A DNA stretch of 64,000 bases from Thermodesulfobium acidiphilum (GCF_003057965.1 NZ_CP020921.1:208100-272099); one strand, 5' to 3'. Shown: positions 28,807-38,821, counted from the stretch's first letter. A program made the numbers and translations. Notes: a model not told the origin generated them from the letters alone.

Positions 28807-30330
28807 ATGGAGGTATTGTATAGGAAATATAGGCCAACAACGTTTGAGGATATGGTTGGCCAGGATGTTGTAAAAACTGTTCTCGAAAATGCTTCAAAGC
28901 TTGATGATCCTCCTCATGTCTATCTTTTTGCTGGCATGAGGGGTACAGGTAAAACTACTGCAGCAAGAATATTTGCAAGAGCACTTAACTGTACTTCAGA
29001 AGGCAAAAAACCCTGTTTAAAGTGTGAATCTTGTAAAAAGTTCCTGGAGGGTTCTCTTGATTATGTAGAAATGGATGCTGCAACGCACAGTAGCGTAGAG
29101 GATGCAAGGTCTTTAAGAGAAATGGCATTAATTGCCCCTATGTCTTCAAGGTACAGAATATTTGTAATAGATGAGGTGCATCGCTTGAGTCCTTCAGCTT
29201 TTGATGCCCTACTCAAGATAATTGAAGAACCGCCTCCTTTTTCGATATTTATCTTTGCAACAACTGAACCCCACAAAGTTCCAAAAACCATTCTTTCTAG
29301 GGTATTGAGGTTAGATTTTTCTCCTGTTAATACACAACTTTTAGCATCTTATCTTGATAAGATAGCCAGTCTTGAAGGTTATAAACTTGAAAAGAGTCTA
29401 CTTTTGGCTATTGCAAGAAGATCAGAGGGTTCTGTTAGAGATTCACTTTCATTTTTACAACAAATTTTTATCCTTTTTGAGAAGAAGAGTTTATCAACAA
29501 AGGATATTTATTCTGTTTTAGGTATACCCGATGATGAAATTATCTCAAATATGATGAATTTTATATACAAGGGGGATCTTAGCAGCCTTGTTAACCTTAT
29601 AGATTCTTTAAGGACATCGAGCTTTAGTCCCTTTGCAATTGTTGATTCCTGGATTTATTTTGTATTATCAAAAATTAATACCGATACAAGACCTTTAAAA
29701 TTTATTGATAGACTTATAGAGGCAAAAAGTGATTTAAGATACGATCCTAATCCATTTATGAGATTCGAATTGGAAGTTTATGCTATATTTTCACTTCTAA
29801 ATAGAAACGTGAAAATAAATAATGATAGTGATTCTAAAATTTTAGAAAAGAAAGAAAATATAGAAGAAGGTATAAAAAAGGAAGATAAAGTTGATATAAA
29901 TGATATAAATATTAAAATTTTAGCTAATAAGATAACACCTCCTGAGAGTTTTAAAGAGCAAAAAAAAGTGGATCTTAATATTGATCAAATTAACAAGGCA
30001 TATTTAAAGATTCTTGAACAGATCAAAAATACTAATCCACTTTTGCACGCAAAATATGTAGCTGCTAAACCCATAAAGTTTGAAGGTAATAAAATCACTT
30101 TTGGCTTTTCTAAAAAGGAGTCAAGATGGCACAAAGAGCAATTTGATTCCAATAAAGAAGAAAGAGAAATGCTAAGGAATATGCTTTCAAAAGAATTAGG
30201 TTTTGATGTGGAAATTACTAGCGAATTTATCGAGAAAGAGACTAAAAGGGATTCGAAAACAAAATCTTCTACTTTAACGTTTCCAGATATTTTACAGCAC
30301 TTTAATGCAAAGGAAATAAAAAACGATTAG
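28807..30330 (+). CDS. dnaX: DNA polymerase III gamma/tau
   Basis: LYRKYRP, GMRGTGKTT, Zn cysteines, IDEVH, FATTEP; followed by ybaB-recR. Confidence 0.94.
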   Translation: MEVLYRKYRPTTFEDMVGQDVVKTVLENASKLDDPPHVYLFAGMRGTGKTTAARIFARALNCTSEGKKPCLKCESCKKFLEGSLDYVEMDAATHSSVEDARSLREMALIAPMSSRYRIFVIDEVHRLSPSAFDALLKIIEEPPPFSIFIFATTEPHKVPKTILSRVLRLDFSPVNTQLLASYLDKIASLEGYKLEKSLLLAIARRSEGSVRDSLSFLQQIFILFEKKSLSTKDIYSVLGIPDDEIISNMMNFIYKGDLSSLVNLIDSLRTSSFSPFAIVDSWIYFVLSKINTDTRPLKFIDRLIEAKSDLRYDPNPFMRFELEVYAIFSLLNRNVKINNDSDSKILEKKENIEEGIKKEDKVDINDINIKILANKITPPESFKEQKKVDLNIDQINKAYLKILEQIKNTNPLLHAKYVAAKPIKFEGNKITFGFSKKESRWHKEQFDSNKEEREMLRNMLSKELGFDVEITSEFIEKETKRDSKTKSSTLTFPDILQHFNAKEIKND

Positions 30331-30382
30331 ACTTAAACTTAGGTAATTATTTTATAAATCAATCAATTTGGGAGGTTTTATT

Positions 30383-30661
30383 ATGATTCCTGGAATGAAA
30401 AAGGCACAACAAATGTTAGAAAAATTTCAAGCAGAGCTTGCCTCTTTAGAAGTTGAGGCTAAAGCAGGCGGAGATCTTGTAAGGGTAGTTGTTACAGGCG
30501 ATCAAAAGATAAAGTCTATAACACTTGATCCTTCTCTTAAAGATGAAGATCTACAAACTCTGGCCGATCTTGTGATGGTAGCTGTTAATAACGCTCTTGA
30601 AGAAGTAAAGGAAGCTGGCATGAAAAAGATGCAAAAAATGGGGCTTCCAGGCCTATTTTAA
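30383..30661 (+). CDS. ybaB: YbaB/EbfC nucleoid-associated protein
   Basis: AQQM, AGGDLV, DLVMVAVNNA; ATG at 30383 after GGAGG. Confidence 0.92.
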   Translation: MIPGMKKAQQMLEKFQAELASLEVEAKAGGDLVRVVVTGDQKIKSITLDPSLKDEDLQTLADLVMVAVNNALEEVKEAGMKKMQKMGLPGLF

Positions 30662-31272
30662 TGAAATATCCAAAGCCTTTAAGCGATTTATCTCATGAAT
30701 TATCCCTTCTTCCGGGGATTGGGCCAAAATTGGCTTTAAGGTTAGCTTTCTTCATTTCTCAGAGAGGCGAGGAGAAGAATCTTTCTCTTATTGAAGCATT
30801 GCGAAATTTAAAAAATATAAAAAAATGCTCTCAGTGCAATGCTTTGTCTGAGAACGACCCCTGTGAAATATGTTCAGATCCATCAAGAAACAGTGAAATC
30901 TTATGTGTTGTCTCAGATGTGAGAGATCTGTGGAAGATAGAATCAACTAAATCATATTCTGGCAGGTATTTTGTTTTAAACAGTCTAATTATCCCACTGG
31001 AGGGTATTGACCCGGAAAAAGCCGGTATGACAAAACTCTTTACTTTAATTAGTACAAAAAAACCTAAAGAAATTATTATAGCGTTTGACTTCAGTATTGA
31101 GGGACAAACTACATCTTTATACATAAAAGAAAGGCTCTCAACTCAAAGAGATCAGTTAGGCTATATGCCACAATTAACTCGTCTTGCAATAGGACTTTCT
31201 ATGGGCGATAACCTCAACAACACGGATGAATTCACTATTTCTCAGGCAATATTGCATAGACAGAAAATGTAG
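30661..31272 (+). CDS. recR: Recombination mediator RecR
   Basis: LPGIGPKLA, CSQC..CEIC Zn finger, TOPRIM-like region, TRLAIG. Confidence 0.93.
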   Translation: MKYPKPLSDLSHELSLLPGIGPKLALRLAFFISQRGEEKNLSLIEALRNLKNIKKCSQCNALSENDPCEICSDPSRNSEILCVVSDVRDLWKIESTKSYSGRYFVLNSLIIPLEGIDPEKAGMTKLFTLISTKKPKEIIIAFDFSIEGQTTSLYIKERLSTQRDQLGYMPQLTRLAIGLSMGDNLNNTDEFTISQAILHRQKM

Positions 31273-31352
31273 TGCTTTAATGTGTGGGATAAGTTCAACT
31301 TTTCAAAATTTTAGAAGGTTATTGTATAACTTTAAATTTTTTAGATTTTATT

Positions 31353-32492
31353 TTGGATATGTTTAAGATTATTAGTGAAGAGTACAAAGATTATCTTTTG
31401 TCTGTGGGCGAGAATTTGATCCTGGTGCCTCAGGAAAACGTGGGCAAAATAATCTATCTAAAAGGCAATATAGATCACATAGAATGTATAAGAGATTTTA
31501 AGAAGCATCTTTTTTCAAAGGAAAAAATAATAGAATTTGTAGTTTTTCTGAATGATAACACTTCATTTCGTGCTATTTCTGATGAAAGGATTTTCTTAAA
31601 GCTTCATCAATTAGCAAAATATACTAAATGCGAAAGTCCTGAAAGTGCATCGAACAAAAATGTTTTCTCAAGACAATATCTTTCTTTAATTTTACCGAAA
31701 ATTCCAACTGCTATCCTCATTTTAGCAATTTTGTTTGCAATTTTTATTTTTGCAAATAAGTTTTATAAGAACCCGCATAAAATCTTTTATGGAGAACCTA
31801 GTATTAACATTATTTATCCCCAAGGGGATTCAGTAGAGCTTAAAAACATTGAAAATGGCTTATATCTTGAAGTAGAGTCTAATTTCGAACCAAAAGAGAT
31901 TGATATTCTTGTGGATGGGAGTGTGGTTTATCAGAAAAGGAATTCAAAAGATGTTTATTATCAATGGTTCCCTCCAAATCCAGGAATATATAAAATCGTT
32001 GCTCGTTCTCAACTTAACGGAAAGGATGTTTTTTCGAAAACTTTGACAGTTTACGCACAGGTCCCAGAAAACAAAAATTATGCTCAAACTAATATAGAAA
32101 CTTCAGCTTATGAAACTACAAAAATTGTACTTGGGAATCCTGTCACAATGTATTCAGAGCCTGATGAATCATCTGTGGTAGCTGGAACTATAGATAACGG
32201 ATCAAAAGTAAAAGTTATTAAAAAGGTTGTAAGTCACAACTCAAAGCTTTATACGTTAAAAGAGGATCTTAGTTTATACACTGATGGGGTATTTATAAGC
32301 CTTAAAAAGGGGGAATTATTGAGACTTTACGATTCTTCTGGGGATATTTTTACTTTGATGTATAAAAACGGTGACTCTATTAGTCTTGTGAGACTTCAGA
32401 GACAATATCTACAAAGAGTTAATACAGAAGAATGGTACAAAGTTATATATAATGAAAAAGAAGGATGGATAAGTTCTTTCTTTACGAGGTGA
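31353..32492 (+). CDS. Membrane-anchored protein with Ig-like and SH3b-like extracytoplasmic domains
   Basis: One TM (TAILILAILFAIFIF), beta-sandwich with PGIYKIVARS, C-terminal SH3b signature WYKV..KEGWIS. Confidence 0.6.
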   Translation: MDMFKIISEEYKDYLLSVGENLILVPQENVGKIIYLKGNIDHIECIRDFKKHLFSKEKIIEFVVFLNDNTSFRAISDERIFLKLHQLAKYTKCESPESASNKNVFSRQYLSLILPKIPTAILILAILFAIFIFANKFYKNPHKIFYGEPSINIIYPQGDSVELKNIENGLYLEVESNFEPKEIDILVDGSVVYQKRNSKDVYYQWFPPNPGIYKIVARSQLNGKDVFSKTLTVYAQVPENKNYAQTNIETSAYETTKIVLGNPVTMYSEPDESSVVAGTIDNGSKVKVIKKVVSHNSKLYTLKEDLSLYTDGVFISLKKGELLRLYDSSGDIFTLMYKNGDSISLVRLQRQYLQRVNTEEWYKVIYNEKEGWISSFFTR

Positions 32493-32496
32493 TGAT

Positions 32497-33522
32497 ATGA
32501 AGATTGCTATGATTTCACCAATTGCGTGGAGAACTCCTCCAAGGCATTATGGACCCTGGGAACAGGTTACATCATTGCTAACAGAAGGCCTTGTAAAAGA
32601 GGGTTTAAATGTAACCTTGTTTGCAACTGCAGATTCTATTACTTCTGCAAAGCTTGTTTCTGTAGTGCCAACAGGCTATGAAGAAGATAAAGAAGCTGAC
32701 CCAAAGGTCTTAGAGTACCTTCATATCTCTAACGTTTTTGAGATGGCAGACGAATTTGACATAATACATAACCAATTTGACTTTATGCCGCTTTGCTATT
32801 CTAGACTTACAAAAACGCCAATGGTTACTACTATACACGGCTTTTCATCTGAAAAAATATTGCCTATTTACAAAAAATATAACAAACACGTTAGTTATGT
32901 ATCTATTTCAAACTCGGATAGATATCCAAGCCTTGATTATATTTCTACGATATATCACGGAATTGATATTAACAATTTTCCATTTAACCCGGATCCGAGG
33001 GATTATCTTTTATTTTTTGGAAGGATGCATCCGGATAAGGGCGCTCATGATGCAATTAAAATAGCAAAATTTTTTAAAATGAAACTTTTTTTGGCAGGTC
33101 CTATACAGGATGAGGCTTATTTTAAAGAAAATATACAGCCTCACCTATCAGAAGATATAAAATATTTAGGCAGCGTTGGCCCTGAAAAAAGAGGAGAGTT
33201 GCTTTCTAACGCTATATGTTTGCTTCACCCTATATACTTTAATGAACCGTTCGGTTTGAGCGTAATTGAATCATTAGCTTGTGGTACTCCTGTCTTAGCT
33301 TATAATAGGGGAAGTATGAAGGAGATACTTGATGAATCAATTGGGATATTGGTTAGCTCTTTTGAGGAGGCAGTAGAGAAGTTTGGGCTTATTTATAAAA
33401 TAAAAAGAAGTGATTGTAGAAAATATGTGGAAAGAAAGTTTACTTCTCAAAGAATGGTAAGTGAATATATTGAAGTCTATAAAAGGATATTAAATAGCAA
33501 TCAAGGAGGAATGATACAATGA
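32497..33522 (+). CDS. GT4 family glycosyltransferase
   Basis: PPRHYGPWE, VTLFATADS, GRMHPDKG, EPFGLSVIE. Confidence 0.92.
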   Translation: MKIAMISPIAWRTPPRHYGPWEQVTSLLTEGLVKEGLNVTLFATADSITSAKLVSVVPTGYEEDKEADPKVLEYLHISNVFEMADEFDIIHNQFDFMPLCYSRLTKTPMVTTIHGFSSEKILPIYKKYNKHVSYVSISNSDRYPSLDYISTIYHGIDINNFPFNPDPRDYLLFFGRMHPDKGAHDAIKIAKFFKMKLFLAGPIQDEAYFKENIQPHLSEDIKYLGSVGPEKRGELLSNAICLLHPIYFNEPFGLSVIESLACGTPVLAYNRGSMKEILDESIGILVSSFEEAVEKFGLIYKIKRSDCRKYVERKFTSQRMVSEYIEVYKRILNSNQGGMIQ

Positions 33523-34469
33523 ATTTAGAGTTATATAAAGGTTCTGGAATAGTAAAGAGATATATATTTAATCCTGTTCTTACTAAATATGACGTTCCTT
33601 ATGAAGTTTCAACAGTTTATAATCCGGCTATTACTATGTATCAAAATAAGTATATATTAATATTTAGAGCAGCTAAGCTTAATGGCAGGTCAATTTTAGG
33701 GAAAGCTATTTCTGAAGATGGTCTTAATTTTGAAGTTGAAAGAGAACCATTTATGGTACCTGAAAGCGATGGGTATTTTGGCAGATATGAAAGTGCTGGC
33801 ATAGAAGACCCACGAATTACTAGAATTGGTGATGAGTACTTTATTACCTATAGCGCTTACTCTGAATATGGGGTAAGGATTGGCCTTGCAAAGACGACCG
33901 ACTTTAAGAGAGTTGAAAGAATTGCTCTAATTACAAGTGCAGATCATAGAAATATAGTAATTTTCCCTGAGAAATTTGGTACTGACTACGTTAGACTGGA
34001 TAGACCTCACTCTGATATAATCCCCTGGTCCATCTGGATTTCATATTCAAAGGATCTTATACACTGGGGTAGATCGGAAATTTTGATAAAGCCGAAGCCA
34101 TATCATTGGGATGAGCTAAAAATTGGTCCGGGTGCACCCCCTATAAAGACAAAGGACGGTTGGCTTAGTATTATTCACGGAGTTTATATGACTATGAGTG
34201 GTTCTGTTTATAGATTGGGCGTAGTTTTACACGATTTAGAAGACCCAGGTAAAATTTTGGGTTTATCTGACGAATGGATTCTTGAACCAGAGGATCATTG
34301 GGAAAGAGTTGGTTATGTTCCCAACGTTGTGTTCTGTTCAGCTGCTCTGAAGGAAGGCGATTTTATTAGGCTGTGGTGGGGAGCTGCTGATAGCGTAGTG
34401 TGTACAGGAATCGCAAGAGTGGACGAACTTGTAGAAAAGTGTCTAAAAAATAAAAGAAAACCCTTATAA
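33519..34469 (+). CDS. GH130 family beta-mannoside phosphorylase-like protein
   Basis: NPVL, VYNP, EDPRIT, DRP, KIGPG.PPI, HGV, YRLG, GYVPNVVF. Confidence 0.9.
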   Translation: MNLELYKGSGIVKRYIFNPVLTKYDVPYEVSTVYNPAITMYQNKYILIFRAAKLNGRSILGKAISEDGLNFEVEREPFMVPESDGYFGRYESAGIEDPRITRIGDEYFITYSAYSEYGVRIGLAKTTDFKRVERIALITSADHRNIVIFPEKFGTDYVRLDRPHSDIIPWSIWISYSKDLIHWGRSEILIKPKPYHWDELKIGPGAPPIKTKDGWLSIIHGVYMTMSGSVYRLGVVLHDLEDPGKILGLSDEWILEPEDHWERVGYVPNVVFCSAALKEGDFIRLWWGAADSVVCTGIARVDELVEKCLKNKRKPL

Positions 34470-34481
34470 CAATTTATCTTT

Positions 34482-35504
34482 CTATTTTATAATGTTATAA
34501 AAAGCATCTCTTTGGGCACTTTCAAAACCAGCTGATTTTATGAGATTTTCTAGTTCTTCTGTGCTTTGAGGCTTGTGGTTTTGTCCCATTGCGCTTGCAA
34601 CCACGTTTTCTTCAAGCATCACTGAACCTAGATCATTTGCCCCGCAAAGTAGAGCAACTGGCGCTACATCTTTTCCTACTGTAAGCCACGATGCACCTAT
34701 ATTTGGTATATTATCAAAAAAAATTCTTGATAGTGCTACAGTTTTTAAATAATCAATTTTGTTTTCCCATTTTGTTTTACTTTTTGATTTAAAAATCCAG
34801 GGGATAAATGCTATGAAGCCTCCAGTTTCATCTTGTAGATCTCTTACTTTTTTAAGATGTTGCAATCTATCATCAATCGTTTCGCCGAAGCCTATTACCA
34901 TGGTAGCAGTACTCATTAAACCTGAATAGTGAGCAATTCTATGAATGTGTAGCCATGTAGAAGACGAGATCTTTTTTGGGCTAATTGTTTGCCTAATTTT
35001 GTCGACCAATATTTCTGCTCCAGCTCCAGGGAGCCCCTGAAGTCCAGCATCCTTTAATTTTTCTATTACTTCCTTATAAGAGATACGTTCAATTTTTGAA
35101 AAATGATCTATTTCTGCAGCTGATAGTGAATGAAGCACTAAATTGGGATATTTTTTTTTAATGTGTTTGAATATTTCTATTATATCTATAAGCCTAAACT
35201 CTGGGTCCAGTCCACCTTGAAGCATAATTTGTGTTGCATTAAGCTTTACAGCTTCGTCTACTCGTTTATAAATTTCAGCCTTAGAAAGCCTGATAGAATT
35301 TTTACTTCCTACAGGTACGCTAAAATAGCAGAATTTACAGTTTGAAGTACAAACGTTACTATAATTTATATTTCTATCTATAATATAAGTTACTTTTTTG
35401 TGTCCGAACTCAGCCCTTGTTTTGTCAGCCAATTTTGCAAGCTCAAATAATGGCAAATCGAAAAGTTTTTTTGCCTGTGGTATGCTTATTCTATTTTTTA
35501 TCAT
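34482..35504 (-). CDS. mqnC: Cyclic dehypoxanthine futalosine synthase (radical SAM)
   Basis: IDRNINYSNVCTSNCKFC, LQGG, PGAGAEIL, QDETGGF.AFIPW, GSVMLEENVV; ATG at 35504 after AAGAGG. Confidence 0.88.
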   Translation of the reverse strand: MIKNRISIPQAKKLFDLPLFELAKLADKTRAEFGHKKVTYIIDRNINYSNVCTSNCKFCYFSVPVGSKNSIRLSKAEIYKRVDEAVKLNATQIMLQGGLDPEFRLIDIIEIFKHIKKKYPNLVLHSLSAAEIDHFSKIERISYKEVIEKLKDAGLQGLPGAGAEILVDKIRQTISPKKISSSTWLHIHRIAHYSGLMSTATMVIGFGETIDDRLQHLKKVRDLQDETGGFIAFIPWIFKSKSKTKWENKIDYLKTVALSRIFFDNIPNIGASWLTVGKDVAPVALLCGANDLGSVMLEENVVASAMGQNHKPQSTEELENLIKSAGFESAQRDAFYNIIK

Positions 35505-35523
35505 GTGCACCTCTTAAAATTTA

Positions 35524-36267
35524 TTAATAATTTAAGCTTTTTATTAATTTTTCTAATTCAAATAGTCCCTTCAAGTCATTCGTGTCAAGGATATATGACA
35601 AATTTGAATAATATTCATTTGCGGATGTCTTTTTATATTTCCAATCTAAATTATTTTTTTCTATTTCGGCGAACTTTAAAGCAAGCGAATAGGTTTTAAT
35701 AAAGTCTAATAAAAGATCGTTTCTAATTTCTTTTCGCGCGGCAAGCAGCGAAAAAACAGTGGGCAAATTAGTTTGTTGTTTCCAGAGTTCTGACACGTCG
35801 TATACGAAACTATTATTTTTATTATCCATAAAGCTTAAGGCATCGTCACCAATAATTACCTGAGCGCAGAAGTTACTTGAATTCTTAGAGAAAATAGGAT
35901 TGATTCTATAAAATTTTCTAAGTATACATATTACCATGCTATTGATAGTATTTGAGGTGTTCGATAACCTTATTATCTTTTTGTCAAGATTTTCAATTGG
36001 TTCGTTTGAGACAAGAAAGGTGCTAAGAACTGGTCCGTAGCAAGAAAGACCAAATGGTAAAATTGGTTTGAGCAAATCCTGATTGTTAATCCAGGTAACT
36101 GAAGATATTGTTGCAACGTCTAGTTTATCGTTTAATAACATATCGTTTAGGGTTGCGGGATCTGACAGGAAAAATTTATAACCAATTTTTTCAAGTCCCA
36201 GTTTCACCGGCAAAAAATTGTAAAACTTTATCAAACCAAACCTTAAAAAATTTTCATTAGTTTTCAT
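35524..36267 (-). CDS. mqnA: Chorismate dehydratase MqnA
   Basis: FYNFLP, PATLN, GPVLS, IIGDDAL, W..QTNLP.VF; position in mqn cluster; ATG at 36267 after GGGAGA (ORF track 36300). Confidence 0.8.
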   Translation of the reverse strand: MKTNENFLRFGLIKFYNFLPVKLGLEKIGYKFFLSDPATLNDMLLNDKLDVATISSVTWINNQDLLKPILPFGLSCYGPVLSTFLVSNEPIENLDKKIIRLSNTSNTINSMVICILRKFYRINPIFSKNSSNFCAQVIIGDDALSFMDNKNNSFVYDVSELWKQQTNLPTVFSLLAARKEIRNDLLLDFIKTYSLALKFAEIEKNNLDWKYKKTSANEYYSNLSYILDTNDLKGLFELEKLIKSLNY

Positions 36268-36307
36268 TTTTTTGTCTCCCGATTTTTCTAAGATAAACAA
36301 ACAATTT

Positions 36308-37315
36308 TTATCCTATCTTTTCGTAAAGAGAATTTCTTTCGAAAGGAACGAGACCAATATTCGTTATCATATCCTTTAGGCTTTCAGCCGATAATCCTCC
36401 TGGTTCTGGAGATCCTCCTTCGTGCATAATTTTCTCGTCTACTAAAGTGCCTTCAAGATCATCTGCGCCAGTCCAGAGCGCCATGAGCGCGCAATCTTGT
36501 CCTATTGATGGCCAATATGCTTTTATGTGAGGAATTGACAAAACTAAGCGCGAAATTGCAATTGTTTTAAGGGTTTTAATACTTGTTGCTGGTTTTATAT
36601 GTCTAAATTTTGTGTTTAAAGGTTGAAATTTCAATGGGATAAAGGCCTGGAAGCCTCCTGTTTTTTGCTGTAGATCTTCTAAAAGATTCAGGTGTTCCAA
36701 TATATCGTCAAAAGTTTCAAAATGGCCATATAACATAGTAGCATTTGATTTTAATCCAATTTTGTGGGCAATTTCATGAATTTTGAGCCACATTTCTGGC
36801 GAGGTCTTCTTAGTTAGAAGCTTTGTTCTCATAGAATCTTTTAATATTTCTGCTCCCCCACCTGTAAGGGATACGCTGCCGTGGTTTAAGAGATCTTCAA
36901 TTATGCTTTCTATTGGTTTGTTCTCTTCCTTTGCGTAGAACTCAACTTCTACTGCCGTAAGAGATTTTATTGTAGCTTTTGGAAGCGTCTTTCTAATTGA
37001 ATCTAGGATTTTAAGGACTTCATTCCACTTCAAATCTGGATTAAGACCTGAAGTAATATGAACCTCGCTTAACCATGTTAAACCCTGTAGCTTAGAGGCA
37101 ACGACCTCTGGCGATAGCTTATATGCATCAAAGTCATCTTTGTTCCTGGCAAAAGGACAAAAGCCGCATCTTTCTACACAAATGTTGGTAAGGTTTAGAT
37201 GAATATTTTTTGCAAAGAAGACGTTTTTGCCGTATAGAGAGCTTTTCTTTTTATTGGCCTCGTTGAACAAATCTATTGGATTATCTATTAAATTTTTTAA
37301 GTCTGATCTATTCAT
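36308..37315 (-). CDS. mqnE: Aminofutalosine synthase (radical SAM)
   Basis: TNICVERCGFC, GGGAEI, NATMLYGH, FIPL, HIKAYW, GADDLEGT. Confidence 0.87.
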   Translation of the reverse strand: MNRSDLKNLIDNPIDLFNEANKKKSSLYGKNVFFAKNIHLNLTNICVERCGFCPFARNKDDFDAYKLSPEVVASKLQGLTWLSEVHITSGLNPDLKWNEVLKILDSIRKTLPKATIKSLTAVEVEFYAKEENKPIESIIEDLLNHGSVSLTGGGAEILKDSMRTKLLTKKTSPEMWLKIHEIAHKIGLKSNATMLYGHFETFDDILEHLNLLEDLQQKTGGFQAFIPLKFQPLNTKFRHIKPATSIKTLKTIAISRLVLSIPHIKAYWPSIGQDCALMALWTGADDLEGTLVDEKIMHEGGSPEPGGLSAESLKDMITNIGLVPFERNSLYEKIG

Positions 37316-38132
37316 TTAATATGCTCTCCGGTATGTCTGGAATAGAAGGAATTAAAGATTTTTCAAATGCAACCTTATACAATATGTTTAGCGATTTGTA
37401 CAAACTTTCATGAAATTTAATAGTATAATCGTTTACATACATATTTACAAATTTTTCATTCATTTCAGAATTAAGATCTCTGCCAAATTTCATGGCATGT
37501 GTGAGTGCTTCCTCAGGATGTGCTTTCCCCCATTTTATGGATTCTCTTAACAGGTTATTTATCATAATTCTTTCGTTTCTTAAACTTTTATGAATAGCGT
37601 TGCCACCTAATGGCAAGGGTAAATTATATTTTTCATACCACCACTCTCCAAGATCTACTATCTTTTTTAATCCCATATTTTTGTAAGAAAGTTGTCCTTC
37701 ATGAATTAATAGACCTGCATCAACTTCTGAGTTAATAACTTTATCCATTATTTGATCGAAAGGAACGAATACTTCTTTGTGATCCTGTGAATATATGCGA
37801 AAAACTAAAGTTGCAGTAGTGAGCTCTCCCGGAAGGGCAATAACTTTGTTCTCCAGATTTGAAAGGGGATTTTTTGAAATAAGTATTGGGCCGTATTTAT
37901 CTCCTACACTTGAACCTACGCTCATAAGATCATACTTGTCTATAATGTATGGTAGGGCATGATAAGAAATTGCGCTAATGTGATAGCGTCCGTTTATTGC
38001 TTCCTTGTTAAGAGTTTCTATATCTGATAGGGTTTCTTCTAATTCATATTTTGATTCGATTTTCCCATGCGTTAAGGCATAAAACATAAATGCATCATCA
38101 GGATCTGGGCTGTGTGCAACTGTTAATTTCAT
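37308..38132 (-). CDS. mqnD: 1,4-dihydroxy-6-naphthoate synthase
   Basis: HSPDPDDAFMFYAL, DIETLN, YGP, LIHEGQ, DLGEWW, LPLPLG, MYVN. Confidence 0.9.
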   Translation of the reverse strand: MKLTVAHSPDPDDAFMFYALTHGKIESKYELEETLSDIETLNKEAINGRYHISAISYHALPYIIDKYDLMSVGSSVGDKYGPILISKNPLSNLENKVIALPGELTTATLVFRIYSQDHKEVFVPFDQIMDKVINSEVDAGLLIHEGQLSYKNMGLKKIVDLGEWWYEKYNLPLPLGGNAIHKSLRNERIMINNLLRESIKWGKAHPEEALTHAMKFGRDLNSEMNEKFVNMYVNDYTIKFHESLYKSLNILYKVAFEKSLIPSIPDIPESILNE

Positions 38133-38152
38133 TAAAAACCTCCTAAAATTAA

Positions 38153-38716
38153 TTATTTTTTAAGTATCTTTAACAATTTTTCAATAAAAAAATCTGAAAA
38201 TTCTACAAGTGGTTTATCGGACGTAATAGAATCGATCACAAACTCACTTATTGAACCAACAATAATTGTTACGACGATATATTTTTCTACTTCTTCCATT
38301 TTTTGATTGGAAAGAATATTTAAAAAAAGCTTTTCCAACTTTTTCCTTACAGAAAATCTTTGTTCTTCGAATTGAGGCCCAAGACTAAAGGCTTCTATAA
38401 AGACGAATTTTGTTAGTTCACGATATTTTTCTAATATTCTAAAACCTTCCTTCAAAGCTGACCTAAAAATTTCTTCGAAAGTGTTTCCTTTAGCTTTGTT
38501 TTCAATTTTTTTGATAAGTTGATTGCTTAACTCTTCCACTAACTTTATTACCAGGTCTCTTTTTCCGGGGAAATAAAAGTAAAACGCACCTTTAGATGTG
38601 TTTGAATCTTCTACAATCTCATCAACGTTTGTGTAATGATACCCTTTGTTTGAAAAAAGCCTTAGTGCACTTTTAAGTATTTTATTTTTTGTAATAGAAG
38701 GTTTCTTGTTTTTCAT
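38153..38716 (-). CDS. TetR/AcrR family regulator
   Basis: LFSNKGYHYT..EI..SKGAFYFYFPGK HTH; 20 nt upstream of mqnD. Confidence 0.93.
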   Translation of the reverse strand: MKNKKPSITKNKILKSALRLFSNKGYHYTNVDEIVEDSNTSKGAFYFYFPGKRDLVIKLVEELSNQLIKKIENKAKGNTFEEIFRSALKEGFRILEKYRELTKFVFIEAFSLGPQFEEQRFSVRKKLEKLFLNILSNQKMEEVEKYIVVTIIVGSISEFVIDSITSDKPLVEFSDFFIEKLLKILKK

Positions 38717-38732
38717 ATTGATATGATAGCAT

Positions 38733-38782
38733 TTTTTGTATAATTTGTAAACCGACTGGTCGGTCTAAAAATTATACAAAAA
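38733..38782. promoter_or_regulatory. 50-bp imperfect palindrome, likely TetR operator/promoter
   Basis: 24-nt arms with 2 mismatches around core ACCGAC-TG-GTCGGT; each arm carries a TATAAT. Confidence 0.8.
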
Positions 38783-38821
38783 TAATATATAAATTAATTA
38801 TTTCTAATAAAAATAGAATTC

